Below are positions 30,251-39,235 of a stretch of DNA of 64,000 nt, in pieces. How positions within the stretch are numbered: position 1 is the stretch's first letter; each line of letters begins with the position of its first letter. Both the position numbers and the translations under genes were made by a program. The notes beneath the pieces are model-generated. The model ran no database searches and was not told where the DNA came from. It saw only the letters and a list, made by a program, of their open reading frames with translations. The stretch is from contig JAXHNL010000002.1 of NCBI GenBank assembly GCA_034520565.1, positions 1,216,001 to 1,280,000 on the forward strand, given 5' to 3'. This stretch comes from Halodesulfurarchaeum sp. Lineage in GTDB: Archaea; Halobacteriota; Halobacteria; Halobacteriales; Halobacteriaceae.

Positions 30251-30699
30251 GTGCGAGACCCGACCAAAGGGAGGGTCTCGGTAAAGGCGAACGGCGAGGA
30301 ACGAGCCGTGAGCCATGAGCGAGAAAACGAGTGAACGAGCAGGCACGGATTCGAGCCCTGGAAACCGAGCGAAGCGAGGTTTCCTCCGGTTCGAATCCTG
30401 TCCCGCGCACTTTTCAGCGACACTCACCGGCGAGGGACCCCCCGGTGTCCCGAGCCGTGAGATCGCGGTTGTAAATGCGTTCACCGGATTCGAATCAGGG
30501 AAGAGCTTTGCTCTGACCGTGGTTCGAATCCTGTCCCGCGCAGTGCGAGACCCGACCAAAGGGAGGGTCTCGGTAAAGGCGAACGGCGAGGAACGAGCCG
30601 TGAGCCATGAGCGAGAAAACGAGTGAACGAGCAGGCACGGATTCGAGCCCTGGAAATCGACCGAAGGGAGATTTCCTCCGGTTCGAATCCTGTCCCGCG
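30229..30699 (+). repeat. Tandem array of tRNA-Leu 3'-end copies with structured modules (A-B-A')
   Basis: GGTTCGAATCCTGTCCCGCG(CA) at 30229, 30388, 30521 and 30680 (periods 159/133/159); A and A' differ internally at only 4 nt. Confidence 0.95.
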
Positions 30700-30709
30700 G
30701 TATCAGTCG

Positions 30710-31276
30710 TTATTTCCACTTGATCGAACAGCCGCGTGACGGAATCTCCTCGACGTCGACCGGTTCGCCCGCGAGCACCGCGTCAATGGCCTGCCGCATC
30801 TCGAAGCCGGGTTCTCCGCTCGGTTCAGCGTCCGGGCTCTGGGCGTCGTCCAGCCGCCCGTGGTACACGAGCGTGAACTCGCCGTCGGTGCCATCGAAGA
30901 GGAACGGATCGGGCGTGCACGCTGCTCCGTAGGCCTCGGCCACTGCCTGTGACCCGTCCCGAAGGTAGGCGTCGTAGGCAACCGTCCCGTCCGCGACCAG
31001 TTCCCGCATTCGCTCGAACGAATCGTCGGGGTACTCCTCGGCGTCGTTGGGATTGATCCCGACGACTGCGACGTCGTCGTAGTCCGTGGCGATGTCGTTC
31101 AGCGTCTCGAACTTCGACTTCGCGTACGGACAGTGGTTGCAGGTGAACACGACGAGGAGGGCGTCGTACTCACCGAAATCCGACAGCGAGTACGTTTTGT
31201 CGTCGGTCCCCGGGAGTTCGAAGTCCGGTGCCGGCGTGTCGTGTTCGAGTTCGTCGGTCGAAGATTCGACAACCAT
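30710..31276 (-). CDS. Thioredoxin-fold AhpC/TSA family protein
   Basis: APDFELP, CNHCPY, ACTPD, YHGRLDD and GCSIKWK motifs. Confidence 0.9.
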   Translation of the reverse strand: MVVESSTDELEHDTPAPDFELPGTDDKTYSLSDFGEYDALLVVFTCNHCPYAKSKFETLNDIATDYDDVAVVGINPNDAEEYPDDSFERMRELVADGTVAYDAYLRDGSQAVAEAYGAACTPDPFLFDGTDGEFTLVYHGRLDDAQSPDAEPSGEPGFEMRQAIDAVLAGEPVDVEEIPSRGCSIKWK

Positions 31277-31380
31277 GCCCGACCGTAGCAGCCCCCGGCT
31301 CAAACGGATTTGGGTGGCGGACCGACCGTCCGGGACCGTCGTCTCGGGCATTTATGCGGCGGCGGCCTGTACGTTCGTCT

Positions 31381-31659
31381 ATGCCCGACCGCAAGCGAGC
31401 TCACGTCTACGTCTCCGGACGGGTGCAAGGGGTCTACTTTCGGGCGAACACGCGCGATCAGGCCCGGAAACGTGACGTCGATGGCTGGGTCAAAAATCTC
31501 GCGGACGGCCGCGTCGAAGCGGTCTTCGAAGGCGAGCCGGCCGCCGTCGAGTCGATGATCGAGTGGTGTCACGAGGGGAGCCCGGCTGCCGAAGTTAGTG
31601 ACGTCACCGTTTCCACGGAGGAACCGATTGCGCTGGAGGGGTTCGAGATCAGGCGCTAA
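31381..31659 (+). CDS. acyP: Acylphosphatase
   Basis: VSGRVQGVYFR and GWVKNLADGRVE. Confidence 0.95.
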   Translation: MPDRKRAHVYVSGRVQGVYFRANTRDQARKRDVDGWVKNLADGRVEAVFEGEPAAVESMIEWCHEGSPAAEVSDVTVSTEEPIALEGFEIRR

Positions 31660-31672
31660 CCCGTCTCGCGTT

Positions 31673-32413
31673 TCACTCCTCGTCGGCCACGCTCGGGTGC
31701 TGGGTCGGTTCATCCGGGTGCGGTTCGGCAAAGAACGATTGCATGACCTCGAGCGATTCGGCCTCTCGATCCCGGCGTTCCGACTCGGAGATTTCCTCAC
31801 AGCCCGGAGGGACGTCTCGACTGCGGCCGGTGAAGTAGCCCTCTGGAGCGATCCAGTCGTGGTAGAAATTCACGTCCGAATCCTCGACGACGGCGACGCC
31901 CACTGATGCTCCGTGTCCGGCGACGATGACCGTCTGATACGGTTGCATCGCCAGCCGTCCAGCGGCGTAGAGCCCGTCGACGCCGGTCCGGCCCCGGTCG
32001 TCGGTCTCGACGAAATCCTTCCCCCGGGAGACGATTTCGACCCCGTCGAGAGCTTCGAGAAAGTCGACTGTATTTTTCGTCGCGGCGATGACTGCTGTAG
32101 TCTGGACGGTCTCACCATCCGCCGTCGTCGCCTGAAACCCGTCTCCGGTGCGTTCGAGGTCGGTGACTCGTGCCTGTCTGCGACTCGCGCCAGCCCGTTC
32201 TGCCTGTTCGCCCATCATCTCGAGGAGGAGCCGGCTGTTGACTCCGGCAGGGAAGCCTGGATAGTTCTCGAGATGGGCGTTCCGGCGGAGGATCGGCTCG
32301 CCATCGTTGAGTATCAACGTGTCCAATTCCGCCCGAGCGGTGAAAATCCCGGCTGAGAGACCGGCCGGTCCGCCCCCAATGATCAATACGTCCCAGGTTG
32401 TCGATCGGTTCAT
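31673..32413 (-). CDS. FAD-dependent oxidoreductase (thioredoxin-reductase-like, short)
   Basis: IIGGGPAGLSA, ENYPGF and TGVDGLYAAG motifs. Confidence 0.85.
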   Translation of the reverse strand: MNRSTTWDVLIIGGGPAGLSAGIFTARAELDTLILNDGEPILRRNAHLENYPGFPAGVNSRLLLEMMGEQAERAGASRRQARVTDLERTGDGFQATTADGETVQTTAVIAATKNTVDFLEALDGVEIVSRGKDFVETDDRGRTGVDGLYAAGRLAMQPYQTVIVAGHGASVGVAVVEDSDVNFYHDWIAPEGYFTGRSRDVPPGCEEISESERRDREAESLEVMQSFFAEPHPDEPTQHPSVADEE

Positions 32414-32472
32414 AAACGACATTCCACGCCCGAGGGGGAAGAAAGGGTGGGTGGCTCCGTCGCTTGCTGGTT

Positions 32473-33108
32473 TCAGTACTCGACCGCGACTGCCCGAACT
32501 GGCGCGCCATCGACCTGGAGCGGGAGCGGAAATGCGCGCAATTCGAACCGCTCCGGGACCCGTTTCAGGCCGGTGAGGTTCTCGAAAATCAGGTTCTCGG
32601 CGCCCAAGATTGCTTCGTGGGCCTTGAAGCCATCCGGCTCGTCGGCGCTCGCGGACAGACTTGGCGTCGGATCGGGATTGAGCGTATCCGAGCCGACCGA
32701 GAAATCCCGTTTTGCACACACCGTCGCGGCCTCGGGGCTGAGGTACGGGTGGTCGAAATATCGGTCCGTCCCCCAGTGTTCGTCCCAGTTCGTTTGAAAG
32801 ATCACGCAGTCAGCCGTCTCGTCTTCCGGGATCCGCTCGGGGGGAATCGGTTCCCGGGCCTCGAGGTCCCGACAGTCGACTTTCACCGCGTCGAACACGA
32901 ATTCGTCGACGGAAAATTCGGCGAGTTTCTTCCCATCCGGGATGATGTGAGCCGGCGCGTCGACGTGGGTGCCGGCGTGGCTCCCGGTCTCGATTTTGGT
33001 CGATCGGTAGCCCTCGGTTTCGTGTACCGCGTTTGGCGAGACGTGGACGTCGTCGTCTGCGGGATAGGTCTGTAACCCGTCGACGAACGGGTGGGAGAGG
33101 TCCTCCAT
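32473..33108 (-). CDS. Cyclase/kynurenine formamidase family protein
   Basis: HAGTHVDAPAH, ENL and DGAPVRAVA motifs. Confidence 0.9.
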   Translation of the reverse strand: MEDLSHPFVDGLQTYPADDDVHVSPNAVHETEGYRSTKIETGSHAGTHVDAPAHIIPDGKKLAEFSVDEFVFDAVKVDCRDLEAREPIPPERIPEDETADCVIFQTNWDEHWGTDRYFDHPYLSPEAATVCAKRDFSVGSDTLNPDPTPSLSASADEPDGFKAHEAILGAENLIFENLTGLKRVPERFELRAFPLPLQVDGAPVRAVAVEY

Positions 33109-33161
33109 ACCATTTGCTCCGGTTGGCACCGGCAAAATACTGCTGAAGACGACGGGCCCAG

Positions 33162-33614
33162 TTACGCGTCTCGCATTCCGACAGGAGACACCAGCCCGAG
33201 TTCCCGGACCATGCCCAACGTATCCCAGTAGGACCAGATCTCGACGATCTTACCGTCCTCGAACTGGAACATGTTCAGGCCGGTGCCGGAGAAGTCCTCG
33301 CCTTCGCCCTCGATGCCGAAGAGCTTCTCCGTCTGGGTGCCAGCGGAGGACCACCTGACGGCGTATTCGTCGCCGTCGCCGAAGATCGTCTCGACCTCGT
33401 ATTCGATGTCCGGAAATGCAGCGTGGTAGCGCTTGACGAACGCCTTGACCTGTCCCAGATTTTTGAGCGTGCCCGGCGTGACACTGCGGGGACCGTGATA
33501 CTTGATGTCCTCTGCGAGGATTTCCTCTGCAACGTCCGTATCTCCCTCGGTGAACATCTCCTCGTAATACCGCTCGATGGCGGTCTCGTGATCTACCATG
33601 CCTTGTGTCACCAT
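33162..33614 (-). CDS. SnoaL-like ester cyclase family protein
   Basis: AAFPD, GTQ...LFGI and FEDGKIVE-x-W-x-YWD motifs. Confidence 0.85.
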   Translation of the reverse strand: MVTQGMVDHETAIERYYEEMFTEGDTDVAEEILAEDIKYHGPRSVTPGTLKNLGQVKAFVKRYHAAFPDIEYEVETIFGDGDEYAVRWSSAGTQTEKLFGIEGEGEDFSGTGLNMFQFEDGKIVEIWSYWDTLGMVRELGLVSPVGMRDA

Positions 33615-33714
33615 ACCAACCTACGGCGGCCGAGCCATTAACCGTTCGGGGACCCCCCGATTCGTGCCCCTATTTTTCGACCCTGGGTGTCATCGTGGAA
33701 ATTGCCACCTGCGC

Positions 33715-34086
33715 TCAGAGAGCCTGAGCAAGTGCGCGAGTGAGTATCCAGGCAGCTCCCAGTGCGAGTAACGCCCCGAGGAACGTTCCGGCGGCGTTCC
33801 CGACGGCCCGATACCGGTCCCCGGTTTCCCAGAGTCGGACTGTTTCGACGGAAAACGAGGAGAAGGTGGTGAAGGAGCCGGCCACGCCAGTCCCGAGGAA
33901 GAGCACAAGTTCGTTTCCCATTCCGAGAAAGGTCACGGACCCGAGCAGAAAGGTCCCGGCGACGTTCACTGTGATCGTTCCGTAGGGATACACAGTCCCG
34001 TCGATTCGACTGCTCGCCAACTGTCGAAGTATTGCGCCGATTGCACCGCCGGTTCCGACGATGTGGGCGGGCTCGATCGGGATCAT
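33715..34086 (-). CDS. crcB: Fluoride efflux channel CrcB/Fluc (second copy)
   Basis: GGAIGAILR, GTITVN and GSFTTFSSF motifs. Confidence 0.92.
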   Translation of the reverse strand: MIPIEPAHIVGTGGAIGAILRQLASSRIDGTVYPYGTITVNVAGTFLLGSVTFLGMGNELVLFLGTGVAGSFTTFSSFSVETVRLWETGDRYRAVGNAAGTFLGALLALGAAWILTRALAQAL

Positions 34087-34478
34087 CGACTCACCCGCCC
34101 TTCGAATCGTACGGCCACTGCCCGTCCCACGATCACGCCGGCAAATCCCAGCCCGTAGGTGGCCAGTACGTTGAATACGAACCATGCTGGCTGGCTTTGG
34201 ACCGAGAGGAGCGCGAACGTACTGTAGGTCGTAAAGGACGAGAGAAAGCCCGTGGACACCAGAAGACGTGTTTCCATCGAGAGCCGGTCCGTGCGAAGAG
34301 CCACGTAGATGACGAGCCCGAGAGCAAAACTGCCAGTTGTATTCACGGCGAGTGTGGCAGGCAGCGCCGGCCAGAACTGTCCGATGAGATATCGGAGGTT
34401 CGATCCGGCGAATCCACCGATACCGACCAGTGCCATCGTCTCGAGTGCCCGAATCGGGCGGAAATCGCGTGCTGTCAT
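34083..34478 (-). CDS. crcB: Fluoride efflux channel CrcB/Fluc (first copy)
   Basis: GGFAGSNLRY, TLAVN and TGFLSSFTTYSTF motifs. Confidence 0.92.
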   Translation of the reverse strand: MTARDFRPIRALETMALVGIGGFAGSNLRYLIGQFWPALPATLAVNTTGSFALGLVIYVALRTDRLSMETRLLVSTGFLSSFTTYSTFALLSVQSQPAWFVFNVLATYGLGFAGVIVGRAVAVRFEGRVSR

Positions 34479-34487
34479 GACTCGATA

Positions 34488-34541
34488 GAAGGAGTCATCA
34501 GCCGCGAATCGGCAGTTGGATCAGGCGGACTCCATCGCCTG
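34488..34541 (-). ncRNA. Fluoride riboswitch (crcB motif)
   Basis: Minus strand reads GGCGATGGAGTCCGCC...GCTGATGACTCCT, matching the consensus with GGAGT/ACTCC pseudoknot; directly upstream of crcB. Confidence 0.92.
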
Positions 34542-34642
34542 TTGGGGAATTACACTCGTCAGTGAAGTCGTTTGCGCATTGTCGGGCGATGTTGTGAATT
34601 ACTAACAAAACACATATTATTATACCACGACAATTTTTGCCT

Positions 34643-35044
34643 ATGCGGTATCATATTCTCATGCCCGTCGACCGTGACGCCGACCGAACCAACGCGCAGG
34701 TCGATTACCTGTTGACTTCCCCGATGGCGCCCGAGGATCTCGTGGTCCGGATCCTTCACGTCCTCCCGCGGGAGGACGCGGACATCGATGACGAGGAGAA
34801 CTTCGAGGGCAACGAGGCGGCGATCGAGGCAGCGAATCGGTTGGAGGGTGCAGGCGCGACTGTCGCTCGTCGGATGGACACCGGGCCCGTCGCGGCGGCG
34901 ATTCTCGAGCACGCCGAGGAGATCGACGCCGACCAGATCGTTATGAGCGGACGCAAGCGCGATGGGATCTCCGACGTGTTACTCGGAAGTACTGCGACGG
35001 ACATCATTCAGGCGACGAAACGGCCGGTCGTCATGACCGGGTAG
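34643..35044 (+). CDS. Universal stress protein
   Basis: ILMPVD, IVMSGR...LLGSTA and RPVV motifs. Confidence 0.9.
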   Translation: MRYHILMPVDRDADRTNAQVDYLLTSPMAPEDLVVRILHVLPREDADIDDEENFEGNEAAIEAANRLEGAGATVARRMDTGPVAAAILEHAEEIDADQIVMSGRKRDGISDVLLGSTATDIIQATKRPVVMTG

Positions 35045-35050
35045 CGGCGG

Positions 35051-36820
35051 TCACTTTTCGCTCGGGGGGTGGTCGTACCGGGATGGAATCATCGCTGTTT
35101 CCACGTATCTGTTGCCTCCTGCGTAGTCGACCCCCGGCTGTATGAACGGATACGGTCCCTCTGCAGGCGTGTTCTGAACTGTCCCGCCGGACTCGGGTGT
35201 CGTGACGAGGTTCATCACCTCGTATGCAACCGGCGAACGGGTCTCGAGGTACTCGACGAGCACGTCGGCCGGAATCGCGTCACGGGTCTCCACGTTCCTG
35301 AAGGGAAAGCCACACCCGCCGAGATCCCGCGTTGGGGTACCGGGCCGTCGGAAGGTAGCCACGCGGTAGGTTGCCTCCGGGTCGATCGGTTCGTCGTCGA
35401 CGGTCATGGAGACCAGCCGCCGACCCCGTTTTGCCGTCGGGTCGACTACCAACTCGACGTTCGAGGAGAACGCACGCACGCGGCCGTCCTCCTGATCGTA
35501 GACGTGGGCGGTGAAGTTGTCGATGAGGTAGTTTTCGACGTGTGAGACGAGCTGTTGGCCCCAGGCGTCTCCGGCGGCGACCGGGGCCGTCATCGGGTAG
35601 AACGTGAACACGTCTTCGAGAGTGATTTCTCCGGCCGGGATCGCCTGCCCGAAGCGGTTGCCGTGGGTAACCGCGAGATCGGTCTCGAAGGTCTCCCTGA
35701 GGGCGTCGTTGAAGAGCGTATTCCACGCGCTCTCGAGGAACGACTGGCGGGCCAGATCGAATTTCGTCTCGCCGACCACCGTCGAGAGCGGTCGTGTGAG
35801 TGTGACCGGGCCACGCTGGAAGTCCGGATCCTCGTCGAAAAACGGGGTTCGAAGCCGTTCGATCGTCTCCGCGGTTGCCTCGTCCGGTGCTGGGGTGTAG
35901 GGGGCGTCCTTCGTGAAGGTGTAGAGGACGTGTCTGAACGCCGGTCCACGTTCGTCGAAGCGGACGTCTACCCGTCCAAGTGCCTCGCCCATGCCCGATT
36001 CGATCACCATCGTTTCGGTTCGGTCGATCAAGATGGGTTCGTACGTATACTCGTGGGTGTGTGCGCTGAGGGCCACGTCGACACTGTCGAAGTCCTTTGC
36101 GGCCTGAACCATCCACGGGAGACCGATCTCGGTGACTGCGACGACCAGATCTGCACCTGCCTCCCGGGCGGCAGTCGCGGTTTCCTCGAGCAGGACCGGT
36201 GACTTTCCGAACTGATATTTGCCGTCGTGGAAGGCCGGGGCCATCCTGTCGATGTAGGGATTTGTCATTCCGACGACGCCGATCGTTCGGCCGCTCCGCT
36301 CGAAGAGCGAGTACCCCTCGTACAACTGGGACCCTTCGGCGTCAGAGAGGTTCGTCGCGAGAGTCGGGGCCTCGACGGCGTCGAAGAGGTCCAGAGCGGA
36401 TCCGTCCCGGGCCCCCTCGTGGCCGAAGTCCCAGTTCCCGGGCACGTACACATCGGGATCGACGTGCTCGTTAATCGGTTCGAGCATGATCTCTCCGTCC
36501 GTGAACGTCGCCTCCGCCGTCCCGTGGAAGGTGTCGCCACTCATCAACACGAGCGACTCGTTGGCTTCGCGTAGCTGATCGAGTTTGGCCACGTGAGTTG
36601 CCAGCCCACGCACGGGCCGAATCGCCCGCTTTCCGGACTCGAAGTCGATTGGCGAACTTCCCCTGCTTGTGCGGTAGAAAACCTGATTCGCCGGTCCGAG
36701 TTGGCCGTGGAGATCACTCAGATGGGCGATTGTCAGGTCGGAAGACCCCGCAGGTGCTGACTGCCCGTTGAAGTACCGCCACTCTCCGAGCCAAGTGGTA
36801 TTACTATCCATGTCTGTCAT
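35051..36820 (-). CDS. Bifunctional metallophosphatase/5'-nucleotidase (SoxB-like), no visible signal peptide
   Basis: SDLHG, GDTFHG, GNWDF and AHTHE motifs plus a 5'-nucleotidase-like C-terminal domain. Confidence 0.8.
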   Translation of the reverse strand: MTDMDSNTTWLGEWRYFNGQSAPAGSSDLTIAHLSDLHGQLGPANQVFYRTSRGSSPIDFESGKRAIRPVRGLATHVAKLDQLREANESLVLMSGDTFHGTAEATFTDGEIMLEPINEHVDPDVYVPGNWDFGHEGARDGSALDLFDAVEAPTLATNLSDAEGSQLYEGYSLFERSGRTIGVVGMTNPYIDRMAPAFHDGKYQFGKSPVLLEETATAAREAGADLVVAVTEIGLPWMVQAAKDFDSVDVALSAHTHEYTYEPILIDRTETMVIESGMGEALGRVDVRFDERGPAFRHVLYTFTKDAPYTPAPDEATAETIERLRTPFFDEDPDFQRGPVTLTRPLSTVVGETKFDLARQSFLESAWNTLFNDALRETFETDLAVTHGNRFGQAIPAGEITLEDVFTFYPMTAPVAAGDAWGQQLVSHVENYLIDNFTAHVYDQEDGRVRAFSSNVELVVDPTAKRGRRLVSMTVDDEPIDPEATYRVATFRRPGTPTRDLGGCGFPFRNVETRDAIPADVLVEYLETRSPVAYEVMNLVTTPESGGTVQNTPAEGPYPFIQPGVDYAGGNRYVETAMIPSRYDHPPSEK

Positions 36821-36907
36821 TCGTCCTACGCGTGTCGGCCGTATAGATGCTAGCCCCGCCCCGAAGCCGCACAAACGTTTTGAGGGTTCACCGAGTTCGT
36901 TTACGTA

Positions 36908-37717
36908 ATGGTCGAACTGTGTGCTCTGCTGGATGACATCGTTGCCGATCCCGATGCGCTCTTTCTCTTCTCACCGACAGGGTCACAGTACGATGACGCG
37001 TCGTCGGTCGAGGAGATGCCAGTGGTCGTCGTCGGCACGGAAAACGAAGTCGAAGCGACCGAATTCGTCGAAGTGCCACTGGCGTTCGACAGCGTGAAAG
37101 ATTACATTTACTTCGCGCTGGAGGGTGCGGCCGATCAGGAACTCGTCGAACCCGGTGACGAGGTACTTGCCGTCTTGAGCCTGATTGACGACGGGCGGGA
37201 CATGATCTCCCGAGTCAGGGTCAAGGAGGGCACACACGGCATTTACGACCTGTTCACGGACTCGCGAGCGGACCCGGACGTGCTTCGGGACGCCTTCGAC
37301 GTCGCCATCGAACTCGGGAGGAAGGGGCAAAAGGGCAAACCGGTCGGCGCCCTGTTCGTCGTGGGCGATGCGGGCAACGTCATGAACAAGTCCCGACCGC
37401 TCTCGTACAACCCCTTCGAGAAGTCCCACGTTCACGTCGGCGATCCAATCGTGAACGTGATGCTCAAGGAGTTCTCTCGGTTGGACGGCGCCTTCGTCGT
37501 TTCGGATTCGGGGAAAATCGTCTCGGCGTACCGGTATCTCGAACCCTCCGCCGAAGGAGTAGACATTCCCAAAGGACTGGGTGCCCGGCATATGGCTGCG
37601 GGCGCCATCACTCGGGATACGGGGGCCGTGGCGATCGCGCTCAGCGAAAGCGACGGGATGGTTCGGGCGTTCAAGGGCGGTGATCTGGTCCTCGAACTCG
37701 ATCCGGAGGAGTACTGA
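36908..37717 (+). CDS. dacZ: Diadenylate cyclase DacZ
   Basis: LDGAFV and GLGARHMAA DAC motifs; GKPVGALFVVGD. Confidence 0.92.
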   Translation: MVELCALLDDIVADPDALFLFSPTGSQYDDASSVEEMPVVVVGTENEVEATEFVEVPLAFDSVKDYIYFALEGAADQELVEPGDEVLAVLSLIDDGRDMISRVRVKEGTHGIYDLFTDSRADPDVLRDAFDVAIELGRKGQKGKPVGALFVVGDAGNVMNKSRPLSYNPFEKSHVHVGDPIVNVMLKEFSRLDGAFVVSDSGKIVSAYRYLEPSAEGVDIPKGLGARHMAAGAITRDTGAVAIALSESDGMVRAFKGGDLVLELDPEEY

Positions 37718-38493
37718 ATGGTCGACGTGATCGCCGACTTCACGCTCGAAACCCGGTATCTCTGGGCCGCGGTCATCGTTGATCGGCGGGCTGCTCGGTG
37801 GTCACTTTTTCGGGCAACTCAATCGCCGGCTATTACGTGGATTGGGTGTCGACGAGGCTGTAGAGGGAACGAGTCTCGAGCGAACGGCCCGGAACTTCGG
37901 CACCGATACAGTCGCGATTCTCGCCCAGAGTACGGCCTGGTTGATTTACGGGTTTGCAGTGGTTTACAGTCTGCAGGTCGCCGATATCGTGGAAACGAGC
38001 GTGCTGTTGGCCCGGGGTGCTGACCTTCTCCCATCCTACATTCTCGCCACCCTGATCGTGATGGGTGGGTTGCTTCTCGGGGACAAAATGGAAGTCTCTG
38101 TGAACGAGCGACTCAAGGGGGTCAAGTTCCCTGAAGTCAGCGCTCGTCGGACGGGTCTTCCGGTACACGGTCGTATTCGTTGCGATACTTCTGGCACTCG
38201 CCCAAATCGGTGTCGCCGTCGGTGTTCTGTTGATCCTTCTCGGAGCCTATCTTTTCGCCGTCATCGTTCTCCTCACGACGGCACTGCACCAGCTTCTTGC
38301 CGCGGCCGGTGCCGGTCTGTATCTCTTGTTCTCACAACCATACACCATCGGCGATCAGGTTGCAATCGGGGAACACGAGGGCGTCGTACAAGAGATCGAC
38401 CTGTTTTCTACCTCGATCGAAAAGGATGGGCGGGTCTTTCTCGTGCCGAACCATCTCGTCCTCAAGAAGGGGGCGACGTTGATCCGCGAGTGA
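37718..38493 (+). CDS. mscS: MscS-family mechanosensitive channel (apparent frameshifts near 37779 and 38141)
   Basis: Transmembrane segments in three frames; PYTIGDQV...GVVQEIDLF...VPN; directly after dacZ. Confidence 0.8.
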
Positions 38494-38982
38494 TCACTCG
38501 ACGGGCTCGGCCGGAACTCCGGCGACGGTCGTCTCGGGTGGCACGTCCTCGGCTACGAGGGAGTTTGCAGCGACCCGAGCCCCGTCGCCGATTTCCACCC
38601 CGGGAAGGACGATCGCGCCGGCGCCGATCATGGCTTCGGCACCGATTCTGACCGGCCCGGTTCGGAACTCGTCCTGAAGGAACTCGTGACAGAGGATGGT
38701 CGCGTCGTACCCGACGATCGCGTCTGCTTCGATCGTGATGAGTTCGGGAAAGAACACGTCGGGAGTCGATTCGAGCCCCCAGCGGGCCCCAGGCTCCACC
38801 GTCATTCCGACCCGACGGTATAGCCAGTTCTTGAACCGGAGGCTCGGGGAATGCCTCGCTACCACGATCGCGGCGTAGTTGCGCGCGACGATCCACGGCG
38901 ATTTCGCCTTCCGCCAGTGACGAAGCGAGTTTCCGGGACCGGTCGCCGTCCGTTCGAGGCGCTCGTGGCGACGGTTAGACAC
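38494..38982 (-). CDS. Hexapeptide-repeat acyltransferase
   Basis: IGAEAMIGAGAIVLPGVEIG...VAGVPA. Confidence 0.88.
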   Translation of the reverse strand: MSNRRHERLERTATGPGNSLRHWRKAKSPWIVARNYAAIVVARHSPSLRFKNWLYRRVGMTVEPGARWGLESTPDVFFPELITIEADAIVGYDATILCHEFLQDEFRTGPVRIGAEAMIGAGAIVLPGVEIGDGARVAANSLVAEDVPPETTVAGVPAEPVE

Positions 38983-39023
38983 GACTGTCGGTAGGGCGTC
39001 GTGTTTCATTAACCCTCCGAGGG

Positions 39024-39191
39024 TTACTCGACGATCGGGTTGAACCCGCCCGTGATGTTCCACTCGTGGACACAATAGACCTTCCCGACCTCGCCCTCGA
39101 CGCGCCAGGCGCCAGTCGATTCGTCCCAGACCTCCTCGCGCTCACACCGCAGACACCGCCGGGTCTGCGGACGACGTATTTCGACGCTCAT
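39024..39191 (-). CDS. HEWD-family small protein (55 aa, not in ORF track)
   Basis: MSVEIRRPQTRRCLRC...YCVHEWNITGGFNPIVE. Confidence 0.8.
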   Translation of the reverse strand: MSVEIRRPQTRRCLRCEREEVWDESTGAWRVEGEVGKVYCVHEWNITGGFNPIVE

Positions 39192-39235
39192 ATGTGTCCT
39201 ATGGTATCACTACGCAATAAACCTGCAGGAACGTG

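Noticed and set aside
30229-30699. CRISPR array
   Set aside because: The repeat is the tRNA 3' end, the spacers are 111-137 bp, structured and not unique, and no cas genes are in the window.
30106-30719. ORFs across the tRNA-Leu array (and 44895-45119 across the Ser array)
   Set aside because: They overlap tRNA or repeat sequence, have non-acidic repetitive translations, and the variation preserves base pairing rather than codons.
34590-34640. AT-rich stretch as a foreign insertion or operator
   Set aside because: It is explained by divergent promoters for the USP gene and the riboswitch-crcB unit; there is no convincing palindrome.
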